DNA of 64,000 nucleotides from Patescibacteria group bacterium (GCA_052033715.1 JBPOJJ010000003.1:52383-116382), one strand, 5' to 3'; numbered from the stretch's first letter, positions 37,938 to 48,047 are shown. Numbers and translations: made by a program. Notes: a model not told the origin generated them from the letters alone.

Positions 37938-40151
37938 TTATTTCTTCTCAATTCTATGAGGATTATGATTTGGGCAGGATTTATCGCTACATCTCGTCGG
38001 TATGGTTTTTGTGCCTTCCATCATCAGTTTGCCACAAGTCGGACACAGATCGCCGGTCGGCTTGGCTTTGATGGCGCTTTTACAATTTGGATAATTCGAG
38101 CAACTATAGAAAATTCCAAATCTTCCACGGCGCTCCACCATCTCGCCGTCTTTACACTCGGTGCATTTCACACCCGTGCGTTTCTTGGCAGCCTCTTCCT
38201 CGGATTCTTTAATGAATTTACATTTTGGATATCGAGAGCACGAGATGAAAAGTCCGAAACGACCTTCGCGTTGGACAAGCTTGCCCTCGTTTTTATCTCC
38301 ACACTTCGGACACATCTCGCCGATTTCTTTTGGTGGCTCTAACTCCTTACCTTCGGCGTTTCTGGCGCCGACACAATTCGGGAAATCTGAGCAACTCATG
38401 AACTTTCCATTCTTAGAGAGTTTGAAAACCATTTCTTTGCCACAAATTGGGCAAGGGAATTCTTTTGGCGCGATACCGATGTTGGTGAGTTTCTCAATCT
38501 TGTCTTTGCTCTTCAGATCCTTGGTAAATGGCCCATAGAAATCTTTCAGAGTTTTCAAGTAGGTTGTGGTGCCTTCGGCGATTTCGTCCAAATGTCCTTC
38601 CATCTCGGCGGTGAAGGAATCTGAAATGTATTCGCCGAAATTATTTTCAATGAAAGTCGAAACAACGTCGCCGGTTTCGGTTGGGAAAAGGGTTCGGCCT
38701 TCCTTGGTTACATAGCCACGTTCTTCGATGGTGCGAATAATAGAAGCATAGGTTGATGGTCGACCGATGTCGCGTTTCTCAAGCTCTTTGATGAGACCAG
38801 CTTCGGTGTAACGATCTGGCGGAAGAGTTTGTTTTTCTTCAGAGTTTATTTTTATTGTATCTAATGCATCACCTTCTTTTAGCTTTGGAACTTCGGTGTC
38901 TTCTCCGCGCGCACGGGTGTCCACCGCGAGCCATCCGGGGAAAAGTACGCGTGAGCCGTTAATTGAAAAGTTTGGAATAGAGTTTGATTCGGTATTGGCC
39001 GAGACTTTGGTCTTTAGCACTTTAGCTGGAGACATTTGTGAAGAAATCGCACGTTCCCAAATTAGACGATAGAGTTTTTGCTCATCATCATTTGCGGAAA
39101 TATTTTTTTCGAGCGGATGTGTTGGGCGGATTGCTTCGTGAGCTTCTTGAGCGTTTTTGGATTTCTTGGCGAAGAAATTGGCTTGAGCGTATTCTTTACC
39201 CAAGTTTTTCTCTACCCATGAGAGCATTTCACTTTGTGCACCTTTGGATAGATTCACACTATCGGTTCGCATGTAGGTGATAAAGCCTTTTTCGTACAAT
39301 TTCTGTGCGACGCCCATGGTGCGTGATGGCGCGAAGCCAAGACGTGTCGAAGCAACCTGCTGAAGGGTGGAAGTGGTAAACGGTGGACGAGCAACGCGGT
39401 TCTGTTCACTTTCTTTTACTGAGATTACGGACCATTTTTCTTTTTCTGCAACATCAACAATTCGTTCAGCTTCCTTTCTGTCAAAAATTTCTTTGTCGCA
39501 AGTAAAAAGCATCTCGTCGCCATCACGCTTTAAAAGTGCGCTCAATATGTAGTAGTCTTCTGGCTTGAAAGCGCGGATTTCTCTTTCTCGCTCCATGATT
39601 ATACGCAGAGCCGGTGACTGAACACGTCCCGCAGAAAGTCCATAACGAACTTTTTTCCAGATGAGACCAGACAGATCGTAACCGAAAAGTCTGTCGAGCA
39701 CACGACGCGCTTCTTGTGCGTTTTTTAAATTATCATCAATCATGCGCGGATGCTTGAGCGCTTCTTTGATTGCTGTTTCAGTAATTTCGTTAAAAACAAT
39801 TCGCTTTGGATTTTTGAGACCCAAAGCTTCTGATAGGTGCCAGGCGATAGCCTCGCCTTCGCGGTCGAGATCGGTTGCGAGTATTACTTCGGACGCTTTC
39901 TTAGAAAGAGTCTTCAATTCTGAGACGACTTTGACTTTCAATGGAGAAATCTCGTAATGGGGAATAAATCCACCCTCAATGTCGACGGCTTTTTTGTTTG
40001 ATTTTGGCAGGTCACGAATGTGGCCGACAGAAGCGCGTACCGTATACGCGCCATCCAAATATTTCTCTATAGTTTTGGCCTTTGAGGGCGACTCGACGAT
40101 AAGTAACTTCATAATCCTAATAGTAATACTATGGATTTTCAATTTTTGCAA
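37938..40151 (-). CDS. topA: DNA topoisomerase I (alternative start at 40112, MKLLIVESPSKAKTI)
   Basis: TOPRIM, active-site region, C-terminal C4 zinc ribbons. Confidence 0.93.
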   Translation of the reverse strand: MQKLKIHSITIRIMKLLIVESPSKAKTIEKYLDGAYTVRASVGHIRDLPKSNKKAVDIEGGFIPHYEISPLKVKVVSELKTLSKKASEVILATDLDREGEAIAWHLSEALGLKNPKRIVFNEITETAIKEALKHPRMIDDNLKNAQEARRVLDRLFGYDLSGLIWKKVRYGLSAGRVQSPALRIIMEREREIRAFKPEDYYILSALLKRDGDEMLFTCDKEIFDRKEAERIVDVAEKEKWSVISVKESEQNRVARPPFTTSTLQQVASTRLGFAPSRTMGVAQKLYEKGFITYMRTDSVNLSKGAQSEMLSWVEKNLGKEYAQANFFAKKSKNAQEAHEAIRPTHPLEKNISANDDEQKLYRLIWERAISSQMSPAKVLKTKVSANTESNSIPNFSINGSRVLFPGWLAVDTRARGEDTEVPKLKEGDALDTIKINSEEKQTLPPDRYTEAGLIKELEKRDIGRPSTYASIIRTIEERGYVTKEGRTLFPTETGDVVSTFIENNFGEYISDSFTAEMEGHLDEIAEGTTTYLKTLKDFYGPFTKDLKSKDKIEKLTNIGIAPKEFPCPICGKEMVFKLSKNGKFMSCSDFPNCVGARNAEGKELEPPKEIGEMCPKCGDKNEGKLVQREGRFGLFISCSRYPKCKFIKESEEEAAKKRTGVKCTECKDGEMVERRGRFGIFYSCSNYPNCKSAIKAKPTGDLCPTCGKLMMEGTKTIPTRCSDKSCPNHNPHRIEKK

Positions 40152-40162
40152 ATTTCATGTTT

Positions 40163-41023
40163 TTAAATCTTCCTTATTTCTCCCATTGTTTCTTGTATGT
40201 GGCCTTTGATTTCGAGAAGGGAAAGAAACATATTGAGGTCGGTTACGGAGCCCGGATATTTTTGCATCAAGAGTTCTTTCGGCATTGGTTCGTAGAGTAA
40301 TTCGAGGATGACAACTTCTTCGGGCGTACAATTGTCATAGTTCTTACCGACATTTTCTTGGGCCTTGAATCCGAGGATTTCCAAAACCTCTTTGGCCCCG
40401 AGACATGGATGCGCACCTTCTTTGAGAAGCTTGTTGGTGCCGATGGATGTAGGGCTTCCTATGTCGCCTGGTACGACCAAGACGTCGCGGTTGTAATCCA
40501 TGGCGAGCCTTGCCGTGATTAGGGTTCCGGACTTTTCTTCGGCCTCTATTAATAGAACCGCGTCAGCGAGTCCCGCCATGATGCGATTGCGACGTGGAAA
40601 AGTCCACTCGGCCGCGATAGTTTTTGGTGGAAGTTCCGAAATCAAGCACCCGTCTTTTTTCAAAATCTCTTTGGCTAAAGCGAAGTTGCTTTTTGGATAC
40701 AAGAATTTCTCATCAAGTCCGGATCCGGGAACTGAAAGTGTTACAAGTCCATTACGAATCGCCGTCTCATGAGCAATGGTGTCGATTCCGAGTGCCAATC
40801 CTGAGACTATGACGATCGGATATCCAGCGAGTCCTTGGATAATTTTTTCACAAGCCGCTCGGCCGTAATTGCTATGCTTTCTTGATCCGACCACAGCCAA
40901 AAACTTCACTTCCGGGTCATCAAAGTCGGGAAGCTTGCCTGAAAAATATAGTTCCTTTGGGGGGTCTGGGATTTCTCCCAAGCGTTTAGGAATCGACGAG
41001 AGTTTTTTAATCTCGTAGGACAT
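40163..41023 (-). CDS. dprA: DNA processing protein DprA/Smf
   Basis: Rossmann-like LAVVGSRKHS...GIDTIAHETA...VLLIEAEEKSGTLITA. Confidence 0.88.
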   Translation of the reverse strand: MSYEIKKLSSIPKRLGEIPDPPKELYFSGKLPDFDDPEVKFLAVVGSRKHSNYGRAACEKIIQGLAGYPIVIVSGLALGIDTIAHETAIRNGLVTLSVPGSGLDEKFLYPKSNFALAKEILKKDGCLISELPPKTIAAEWTFPRRNRIMAGLADAVLLIEAEEKSGTLITARLAMDYNRDVLVVPGDIGSPTSIGTNKLLKEGAHPCLGAKEVLEILGFKAQENVGKNYDNCTPEEVVILELLYEPMPKELLMQKYPGSVTDLNMFLSLLEIKGHIQETMGEIRKI

Positions 41024-41058
41024 TGGCCTTAATTATAGCAATTTTGTATAATAGCGAA

Positions 41059-42321
41059 ATGTTAGATATCAAATTTATTCGGGAAAACAAAGACATCGTC
41101 ATCTCTGGAGCCAAGAAAAAATTGGTCAAAATTGATATTGATGAACTCATAAAGATTGATGACAAGCGTCTGGCTCTTCTTTCAGAAGTCGAAACTTTGC
41201 GTGCCAAACAAAATTCTGTTTCTGATCGAATGTCTCAACTCACAAATCCTTCCGAAAAAGCCGAACTCATCAAATCAATGCAAGTTCACAAAGAAGATTT
41301 GAAGGCTAAAGAAGAAGAACTAAAAGCGATCATGGAAACTTGGCGAGATTTAATGTTACGAGTTCCGAATATCCCAGAACCAACTTCTCCAGAGGGTGCA
41401 TCCGAAGAAGAGAACGTCGAGATTCGCTCGTGGGGGGTTAAGCCAGAATTTGATTTCACTCCGAAAGGCCATGTGGAAATAATGACGGCACTCGGGATGT
41501 TAGATGTTGATCGCGGAACAAAAGTTCACGGATTTCGCGGATACTTTTTGACTGGCGATGGAGTACGATTGTGTTTTGCAATTTGGAATTATGCGCTCGA
41601 CTTTTGGAGCAAGCGTGGATTCAATCCGATTATGCCACCGATAAATGTCAGGCGCGAGCCATTACTCGGCTGCGCATTTATCCCACAGGGTGAAGCAGAT
41701 ATTTATAAAGCCCAAGACGAAAGTTATTTTGTCGGGACTTCCGAGGTTCCGCTTATGGGGATGTATATGAATGAAATTTTGGACGGTTCGACATTGCCGA
41801 TAAAGATGCTTGGCTTTTCTCCATGCTTTCGTCTCGAAGCTGGAAGTCACTCCAAAGACATCAAAGGTCTTATCCGTGTTCATGAATTTTACAAGTTTGA
41901 ACAAGTCGTTTTGTGCGCTGGTAGTCACGAAGAATCCGTTAAACATCACGAAGACATCCAGAAGAATATTGAAGAATTCATCCAGTCGTTTGGCATTCCG
42001 TACCAAGTGGTTGATGCTTGTACCGGAGATATGGGGTTTGCTAAGGTTCGTATGTACGACACGAACTTATGGGTCCCGCAGGAACAGAAATATCGTGAGA
42101 TTTCTTCGGCCTCATATTTTCACGATTTTCAGACTCGCCGATTGGGAATTCGTTACCGCGATGCAGAAGGCAAAACAAACTTCGCTCACTCACTAAACTG
42201 CACTGCCATCCCGACTCCACGAATCCTCGTATCACTCATCGAGAATTTCCAGACTGCCGACGGACATATCCGCATTCCGGAAGCTCTACAAAAATACTTC
42301 GGCAAAGATTTAATCTCTTAA
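41059..42321 (+). CDS. serS: seryl-tRNA synthetase
   Basis: N-terminal coiled-coil arm, class II motifs; start trimmed to MLDIKFIREN. Confidence 0.92.
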   Translation: MLDIKFIRENKDIVISGAKKKLVKIDIDELIKIDDKRLALLSEVETLRAKQNSVSDRMSQLTNPSEKAELIKSMQVHKEDLKAKEEELKAIMETWRDLMLRVPNIPEPTSPEGASEEENVEIRSWGVKPEFDFTPKGHVEIMTALGMLDVDRGTKVHGFRGYFLTGDGVRLCFAIWNYALDFWSKRGFNPIMPPINVRREPLLGCAFIPQGEADIYKAQDESYFVGTSEVPLMGMYMNEILDGSTLPIKMLGFSPCFRLEAGSHSKDIKGLIRVHEFYKFEQVVLCAGSHEESVKHHEDIQKNIEEFIQSFGIPYQVVDACTGDMGFAKVRMYDTNLWVPQEQKYREISSASYFHDFQTRRLGIRYRDAEGKTNFAHSLNCTAIPTPRILVSLIENFQTADGHIRIPEALQKYFGKDLIS

Positions 42322-42327
42322 TAATTT

Positions 42328-43197
42328 ATGAGGCCATCCCTAAGCTCTCCGACACCCTTAAAAAAAGTTAGGCGTAATCGAGCGTTGTCTCGATTTATTT
42401 GGACGCTTGTGGTACTTGTTGTCTTGTTTGTCGGACTCGGACTTTTGTCACATATTTCAAAGGTGATGATTGGAGAAGTAAATGTTTCTGGTACGAAAGT
42501 TTTGAAAGGCGAAGAAGTTTCGCAGGGTGTACAAGAATATCTCACTGGCAACGTTGCGCTCTTCTATGCTCGAGGCAATATTTTCTTGTACTCGAAGAAT
42601 AAATTAGAGACTTTTGTCTTGGAAAGATTTCCAAGAGTTTATCAAGTTGTTGAAATTACTCGTGACGGCAGAAAATTGAATATTGTGCTCGAAGAACGTC
42701 AGGCGGCGTTTACTTGGTGTGGTCTCGAGGCCCCAGTTTACGTATCTAGGTTCGAGAAAAGAGAATGTTATTTCTTGGATCAGACAGGATTTATTTTTGA
42801 TCGTTCACCCTTTTTTACTCCGGGGGTATATTTGTCTTTTTACGGTGGGATCAAGTCTGGTGTTGAAGTAATAGGTCAAACTCTCGCGACTAAAAACAGT
42901 ATTATGGATTTCGGACATCTTTCCAGAGTCTTTGATCAGCTAGGCCTCCCGATCCACTCAGTCATCATAAAATCAGACGGACAAAATGAGTTCTTGCTCG
43001 ATATTTTTACGACAACCGGGGATTATGCCAAAATTCTCTTCAATGAAGATGTCGATCTAAAAGACATCGAAGCCAAGATCACTTCTGCCGTAGTCGAAGA
43101 ATCTTTTATCGAACAATTTTCTGATAGTGGCTCTGACCTCGAATACATTGACACTCGATTCAGCAATAGAGTATTCTACAAATTCAAAGAAATTTAA
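42328..43197 (+). CDS. FtsQ/DivIB-like POTRA-domain cell-division protein
   Basis: N-terminal TM then POTRA-like IGEVNVSGTKVLKGEEV... Confidence 0.7.
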   Translation: MRPSLSSPTPLKKVRRNRALSRFIWTLVVLVVLFVGLGLLSHISKVMIGEVNVSGTKVLKGEEVSQGVQEYLTGNVALFYARGNIFLYSKNKLETFVLERFPRVYQVVEITRDGRKLNIVLEERQAAFTWCGLEAPVYVSRFEKRECYFLDQTGFIFDRSPFFTPGVYLSFYGGIKSGVEVIGQTLATKNSIMDFGHLSRVFDQLGLPIHSVIIKSDGQNEFLLDIFTTTGDYAKILFNEDVDLKDIEAKITSAVVEESFIEQFSDSGSDLEYIDTRFSNRVFYKFKEI

Positions 43198-44235
43198 ATG
43201 TGGCTTTCTAAATTATTCAAGAAAAAACCGGTTTCCTCCGAGCCGATTAATATGGGATTTTGGGCAAGTTTTACCAAGCCCCTGTTTGTGCTGGCGCCGA
43301 TGGCTGATGTTACTGATTGTGCTTTCCGGAAATTGATTGCTAAGTACGGCAAGCCCGATGTCTTGTGGACAGAGTTTGTCTCGGCTGATGGGTTGGCTTC
43401 ACGTGGACGGGAAGCACTATTGGTAGATTTGCGTTTTGATTTATCTGAACACCCGATTGTCGCGCAGCTCTTTGGTTCGAATCCAGAAAGTATGGAAGTG
43501 GCCGCCAAACTAGTCGTCGAACTTGGTTTCGATGGAATCGACATCAATATGGGTTGTCCTGATCGTTCGATAGAAAAATCAAAAAGTGGAGCGTATTGTA
43601 TTAAAGACCCAAAGCTTGCGAAGAAAATTGTTGAAGCCGCTCGTCGTGGCGCCGGAAATTTACCTGTTTCAGTCAAAACAAGACTCGGCTACAATTCGGT
43701 CGAGTGGGATTGGATAAAAGAAGTTTTGTCTTGGAGGCTTCCGCTCGTTACGTTTCATCTGCGTACCAGAAAAGAAATGTCTCTCGTCGAAGCGCATTGG
43801 GACATTATGCCGAAAATCATCGAGCTTCGAAATGAAATTTCTCCTGATACAATCGTTCTTGGAAATGGCGACGTGAAAGATTTGGCAGACGGAAATGAAA
43901 AAGTTTCTACATCTGGCGCAGATGGTGCTATGCTCGGTCGGGCGATATTTGGGAACCCTTGGTTATTCTCTAATTCGCGCGAATTAGAGAATAGTTACGT
44001 TCCAAATATAAAAGAAAAACTTACTGTAATGCTTGAACATACAAAACTATTTCTAGATATGCTCGGGGACTACAAAAATTTTGCCATCATGAAGAAGCAT
44101 TACAAGGCATACGTAAATGGTTTTCCTGGCGCCAAAGAACTTCGAGTCGAACTTATGAATGCCACGACTTACGAAGAAATTGAAAAACTGACTCGGGAAT
44201 TCCTACAAGGTTTTAGCGAAGAAAAAGTATCTTGA
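43198..44235 (+). CDS. dus: tRNA-dihydrouridine synthase
   Basis: LAPMADVTDCAFR...IDINMGCP TIM-barrel Dus motifs. Confidence 0.88.
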   Translation: MWLSKLFKKKPVSSEPINMGFWASFTKPLFVLAPMADVTDCAFRKLIAKYGKPDVLWTEFVSADGLASRGREALLVDLRFDLSEHPIVAQLFGSNPESMEVAAKLVVELGFDGIDINMGCPDRSIEKSKSGAYCIKDPKLAKKIVEAARRGAGNLPVSVKTRLGYNSVEWDWIKEVLSWRLPLVTFHLRTRKEMSLVEAHWDIMPKIIELRNEISPDTIVLGNGDVKDLADGNEKVSTSGADGAMLGRAIFGNPWLFSNSRELENSYVPNIKEKLTVMLEHTKLFLDMLGDYKNFAIMKKHYKAYVNGFPGAKELRVELMNATTYEEIEKLTREFLQGFSEEKVS

Positions 44236-44306
44236 CACTAAAAGACGTCGGTTGTTATAATTTTCATGTGATTTTCGGATCACGCTTATCATTAACTTTC
44301 AATAAT

Positions 44307-44453
44307 ATGGTTCTAGAGGATCTAAAACTAATCGGCCTTAACGCAGTAGTTGCTGATATGGATGAAGACACTGGTGAGGAAAAGGACATGGAAGAAAACG
44401 ATGAAGAGAACGGTGATGATAACGGCATGGACGGAGACGACGAATTACTTTAA
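44307..44453 (+). CDS. small highly acidic protein (48 aa)
   Basis: DMDEDTGEEKDMEENDEENGDDNGMDGDDELL; followed by a perfect terminator. Confidence 0.3.
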   Translation: MVLEDLKLIGLNAVVADMDEDTGEEKDMEENDEENGDDNGMDGDDELL

Positions 44454-44462
44454 TTTAAACGG

Positions 44463-44496
44463 CAAAAGCGGCTAGAAATAGCCGCTTTTGCTTTAT
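44463..44496 (+). terminator. rho-independent terminator
   Basis: aaaagcggcta-gaaa-tagccgctttt plus T-run. Confidence 0.7.
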
Positions 44497-44511
44497 GCTA
44501 GAATATAGGCC

Positions 44512-45537
44512 ATGAGTGAAGCTTTATACCGAAAATATCGTCCAGCAGCCTTTGACGAGGTCTTGGGCCAAGAGCATATCGTCCGGGTTCTAAAAGGCGC
44601 TATTTCGCTTGGTAATATTTCGCATTCATATCTTCTGCACGGATCGCGCGGTACAGGCAAGACGACGATTGCCAGAATCATTGCTCGGGAATTAGAAACA
44701 TCGGACGAAGACATTTTTGAAATAGATGCGGCTTCGAACCGCGGGATTGACGACATCCGAGAACTTCGCGAAGGCGTCTCGAGCGCGCCGTTTAATTCGA
44801 AATACAAAGTTTACATCATTGACGAGGTGCACATGTTGACCAAGGAAGCCTGGAACGCTCTTTTGAAAACACTCGAAGAGCCACCAGCTCACGTCATCTT
44901 TATTTTGGCCACCACTGAGCTTGAGAAAGTTCCTGAAACGATCGTGTCTCGTTGCCAAGTTTTTTCTTTTAAAAAGCCGTCACTTGCTGTGCTCAAAGAG
45001 CTTGTCCAAAACATTGTCAAAAAAGAAGGTTTCAAAATCGATGCGGCCGGAACCGAGCTTGTCGCTATCTTGGGTGACGGATCTTTCCGTGATACGCATG
45101 GAATTTTGCAGAAGATTATGTCGTATTCCAAAGACAAAAATATTGATGCCAAAGAAATTGCTCTGGTAACTGGCGCGCCGCAAACGTCTCTGGTCAACGA
45201 ATTTTTACAAAGTCTGGCGGAAAAGAATCTCGAGAAAGGTCTTCAGGCTATTCAAAAAGCGGGCATTGAAAATATTGACATGGCGCTTTTCTCGAAACTT
45301 ATTTTAATGAAACTTCGAACCGCGCTATTACTGCGTTATGCGCCAGAAATGAAAAATACTTTGATGGAAGTACAGACCCTTGATGACAGGGAATTTGTTT
45401 TGGGAATTTTGAAAGAAAAAGGTGGCGCCATTAATTCCAAATCTCTCGAAATTCTACTCGAGGCTGGCGAGACTCTAAAATACGCTTCAGTCAAAGAACT
45501 CCCTCTCGAACTTGCGCTTATAAAAATTTTAATGTAA
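44512..45537 (+). CDS. dnaX: DNA polymerase III gamma/tau subunit (short form)
   Basis: YRKYRPAAFDEVLGQEH...GSRGTGKTT Walker A, sensor motifs. Confidence 0.85.
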   Translation: MSEALYRKYRPAAFDEVLGQEHIVRVLKGAISLGNISHSYLLHGSRGTGKTTIARIIARELETSDEDIFEIDAASNRGIDDIRELREGVSSAPFNSKYKVYIIDEVHMLTKEAWNALLKTLEEPPAHVIFILATTELEKVPETIVSRCQVFSFKKPSLAVLKELVQNIVKKEGFKIDAAGTELVAILGDGSFRDTHGILQKIMSYSKDKNIDAKEIALVTGAPQTSLVNEFLQSLAEKNLEKGLQAIQKAGIENIDMALFSKLILMKLRTALLLRYAPEMKNTLMEVQTLDDREFVLGILKEKGGAINSKSLEILLEAGETLKYASVKELPLELALIKILM

Positions 45538-45552
45538 AAAATAGAAAACCCC

Positions 45553-45870
45553 TTGATCATGGCAGAGTTCGTCAAAGTGCATGGCTTTCGGCCCAGAGGC
45601 CGCGACCAACAACATGACTATTTCCCCGCATCCGACAGGCGAGGGGAAAACCCCATCCTTGATGGGAAGATCGTCCAGGTGCACGAAGTAGGCGGCCCAA
45701 AGACGGTGCATGCGAACATCACTTTCGAGGTTCGCCGGTATGGCAATGGACATGTCGAGCTTTGGCTTACGGACGCAGAAGCTCGCGGCAGAACAGCTTG
45801 GTGGATGAATAAGCCACTCTCCAACACTGAGCTCGATCGTCTGCGTTTCGATCTTTCTAACCTGGATTGA
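45553..45870 (+). CDS. hypothetical protein, first gene of the GC-rich islet
   Basis: GC-rich coding region; hairpin plus T-run terminator 45893-45930. Confidence 0.35.
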   Translation: MIMAEFVKVHGFRPRGRDQQHDYFPASDRRGENPILDGKIVQVHEVGGPKTVHANITFEVRRYGNGHVELWLTDAEARGRTAWWMNKPLSNTELDRLRFDLSNLD

Positions 45871-45892
45871 TCATGATCATCCCAACATCCGT

Positions 45893-45930
45893 CAGGCGCA
45901 ATTCGAAAGAACGGCGCCTTTCGCTTTTTA
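45893..45930 (+). terminator. candidate terminator
   Basis: aggcgc...gcgcct hairpin followed by ttcgctttttt. Confidence 0.45.
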
Positions 45931-46005
45931 ATTTAGTTTCTTAATGATTTTCCAATTTTCTCCCGACGCCTCTCTACTAGTCTTGCACTACTTAGCTTTA
46001 TTCGT

Positions 46006-46024
46006 GCTGCGGGACTAGGACTCG
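46006..46024. repeat. 19 bp direct repeat of the tRNA-Gln 3' end (att-like core)
   Basis: gctgcgggactaggactcg identical at 46006-46024 and at the tRNA 3' end (46190-46208). Confidence 0.6.
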
Positions 46025-46191
46025 GTCACAAATCACTAAGTCTTTTATTTCGCTTCGCTCATAAAATCCAAAGTGTTCGCGACCCCGTCTCGGCACTTCA
46101 TCCTGCTTTGGCAGGCGTGCCTGCGATCTTCTCGTCCTTCAGAAACAGTCATGTAAATTTTGCTGGAATAGCCCAGACAAAATTTTCATAG

Positions 46192-46262
46192 CTGCGGGAC
46201 TAGGACTCGAACCTAGATACCCAGGACCAAAACCTGGTGTCCTACCATTAGACGATCCCGCA
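46192..46262 (-). tRNA. tRNA-Gln (anticodon UUG), U1:A72, discriminator G73, no encoded CCA
   Basis: Reverse complement TGCGGGA...CCAGG-TTTTGGT-CCTGG...CTAGG-TTCGAGT-CCTAG-TCCCGCA-G cloverleaf. Confidence 0.88.
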
Positions 46263-46362
46263 ATTCGTTTATTTTGCCTCAAAATTATCTTTTAATCAAG
46301 AAAAAAGTAACTCTTGCCAAAAACTGTTTCAGGGCGTAGATTGAATACGAAAAACAACACTG

Positions 46363-46827
46363 ATGCCCAAACCAAACAGCCCAGGTTATGTCGTGGTTTC
46401 TTTCCTTGAGGATGAACCACCGCGTTTTTTCCTAAAGGGTGATTGGCCACTTCATGTGACCATCGCGCCACCTTTCGTCTTCTCGAGGGACTTTCAGAAG
46501 CTCGTCTTTCTGCTCGAAGAGGTCTCAGTTGGCCTAGCCCCATTTCGGACAGTCGGAATTCGTCGCGATCTATTCGGCAAGAACAAGGACGTGCCGGTCA
46601 CGTTGGTCGAAAGCGTTCCTTCGCTGGTGACCTTGAACAGGAAATTCATTGGAACTGCTTCATTGTGGGTCGAGTTTCGAGGGATAGATCACGGAGGGTA
46701 TCGGCCGCATGTTTCAGATCAGTTGTGTGGAAGACTGGACGTCGGGCAATCGATCATACTCGGCTCTGTCTCGCTAGTCGAGATGCGGCGAGACGAACGT
46801 CGTATTGCTCACACACTGGTGTTCTGA
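46363..46827 (+). CDS. 2H phosphoesterase superfamily protein (LigT / 2'-5' RNA ligase-like)
   Basis: Two H-x-T/S-x motifs (PLHVTIAPPF and YRPHVSDQL) about 90 aa apart. Confidence 0.5.
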   Translation: MPKPNSPGYVVVSFLEDEPPRFFLKGDWPLHVTIAPPFVFSRDFQKLVFLLEEVSVGLAPFRTVGIRRDLFGKNKDVPVTLVESVPSLVTLNRKFIGTASLWVEFRGIDHGGYRPHVSDQLCGRLDVGQSIILGSVSLVEMRRDERRIAHTLVF

Positions 46828-46844
46828 TTGTCCGCTCGCATCAA

Positions 46845-46890
46845 GGTAGCCCCGCCGTATTCTCGGCGGGGCTTCCGTGTTTTATGCAAG
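46845..46890 (+). terminator. rho-independent terminator
   Basis: agccccgccg-tattct-cggcggggct then tccgtgtttt. Confidence 0.6.
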
Positions 46891-46943
46891 CTAATTTCCG
46901 CGCACAATGTTACACTGAAATTAAACGAACACAGGACATAAAC

Positions 46944-47996
46944 ATGGCACAGCCATCAACATCAGCAGCATTTCTCAAAGACCTGGAAGATTGTCGAGCC
47001 TCGCTCGTCAGCAACAGGTACGGCAACACAAGCCTTTACATCAAGGGCTTGGTACTCGCAGCAGCATTTGTCGTTTGCTGGAGCACACTCGTATTCTTCT
47101 TGCCCGAGCATTCGCTTCTTGCGATTGCTCCCGGCATGGCGCTCGGTTTCGTGATTGCACTCCTTGGCTTCAACGTCTTCCACGACGTCGGCCACGGTAG
47201 CTTCTTCAGAACTCCGAGAATGAACAAGCGCATGCATTGGCCTCTCGGAGTATTCCTGGGCGCAAGCATCCTCGTTTGGAATCCGCAGCACAACTTGCAT
47301 CATCGACATCCGAACAGCGAGACTGATACGGACATCGATGTGCCGGGAGTGAGAATGCATCCGGGACAGCCATGGAAGTGGTATCACCGCTTCCAAGCTT
47401 TCTATGCGCCTCTCATCTACTCGCTCGGATACTTCGCATGGATCTGGCGAGACCTACGCCGGTCTATGGCAAACCGTGTCGGAACTGTCGAGATCGGTAT
47501 GAAGCCGAGAGACAAAGTAGAGCTTTGGATTCAGAAGGTGCTCTACATCGGTCTCGTTATTACTCCCATCGTTGTGGTGAATGGAGCGGCGGCGATTGTG
47601 CCACTGGTAGCGATGTATCTGACGGCCGGCATCGTGCTCGCGATTGTATTCCAGTGCGCGCACGTTGTTGAGGTGAGTGAATTCCCGAACGCAGAACGAA
47701 TGGGGGAGATTGATAATGCGGAGCATCAACTACGCACGACCGTCGACTTCAGCACCGGGAATAACTTGTCGAGCCGGGTGTTTCGATGGTTTGTCGGAGG
47801 TCTCAATTTCCAGGTGCTTCATCATTTGCGCCCGGACATCAGTCACGTACATTACGCCAAGCTTCATGGACCAGTCCAGAAGCTCACCGCCAAGTACGGT
47901 TTGCCTTACCGACAGATGTCGTACCTCCAAGCTCTTTGGTCACACCTCACGACCCTTTATCGCAATGGAAGGAAACCTTCCGTCCTTGCGGTGTGA
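46944..47996 (+). CDS. membrane fatty-acid desaturase family protein
   Basis: Three His boxes HDVGH, HNLHHRH, QVLHH with multiple TM helices; SD AGGA 6 nt upstream of ATG; ORF-track N-terminal extension rejected. Confidence 0.85.
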   Translation: MAQPSTSAAFLKDLEDCRASLVSNRYGNTSLYIKGLVLAAAFVVCWSTLVFFLPEHSLLAIAPGMALGFVIALLGFNVFHDVGHGSFFRTPRMNKRMHWPLGVFLGASILVWNPQHNLHHRHPNSETDTDIDVPGVRMHPGQPWKWYHRFQAFYAPLIYSLGYFAWIWRDLRRSMANRVGTVEIGMKPRDKVELWIQKVLYIGLVITPIVVVNGAAAIVPLVAMYLTAGIVLAIVFQCAHVVEVSEFPNAERMGEIDNAEHQLRTTVDFSTGNNLSSRVFRWFVGGLNFQVLHHLRPDISHVHYAKLHGPVQKLTAKYGLPYRQMSYLQALWSHLTTLYRNGRKPSVLAV

Positions 47997-48002
47997 AGTA
48001 AC

Positions 48003-48045
48003 GCGGCCCTGTCATAGAGCAGGGCCGCTCTTCTTTTTAAATATA
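48003..48045 (+). terminator. terminator of the desaturase gene
   Basis: gcggccctg-tcatagag-cagggccgc then tcttcttttt. Confidence 0.6.
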
Positions 48046-48047
48046 AA

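Noticed and set aside
46026-46188. Mobile element between the tRNA-Gln 3' end and its 19 bp duplicate
   Set aside because: Only 163 bp with no ORF lie between the repeats; this is a scar or att remnant rather than an intact element.
46443-46943. N-terminal 167-aa extension of the desaturase ORF in the track
   Set aside because: Arg/Ser-rich junk translation overlapping the 2H-phosphoesterase gene in another frame. An internal ATG at 46944 with a good SD, preceded by a terminator, is the real start.
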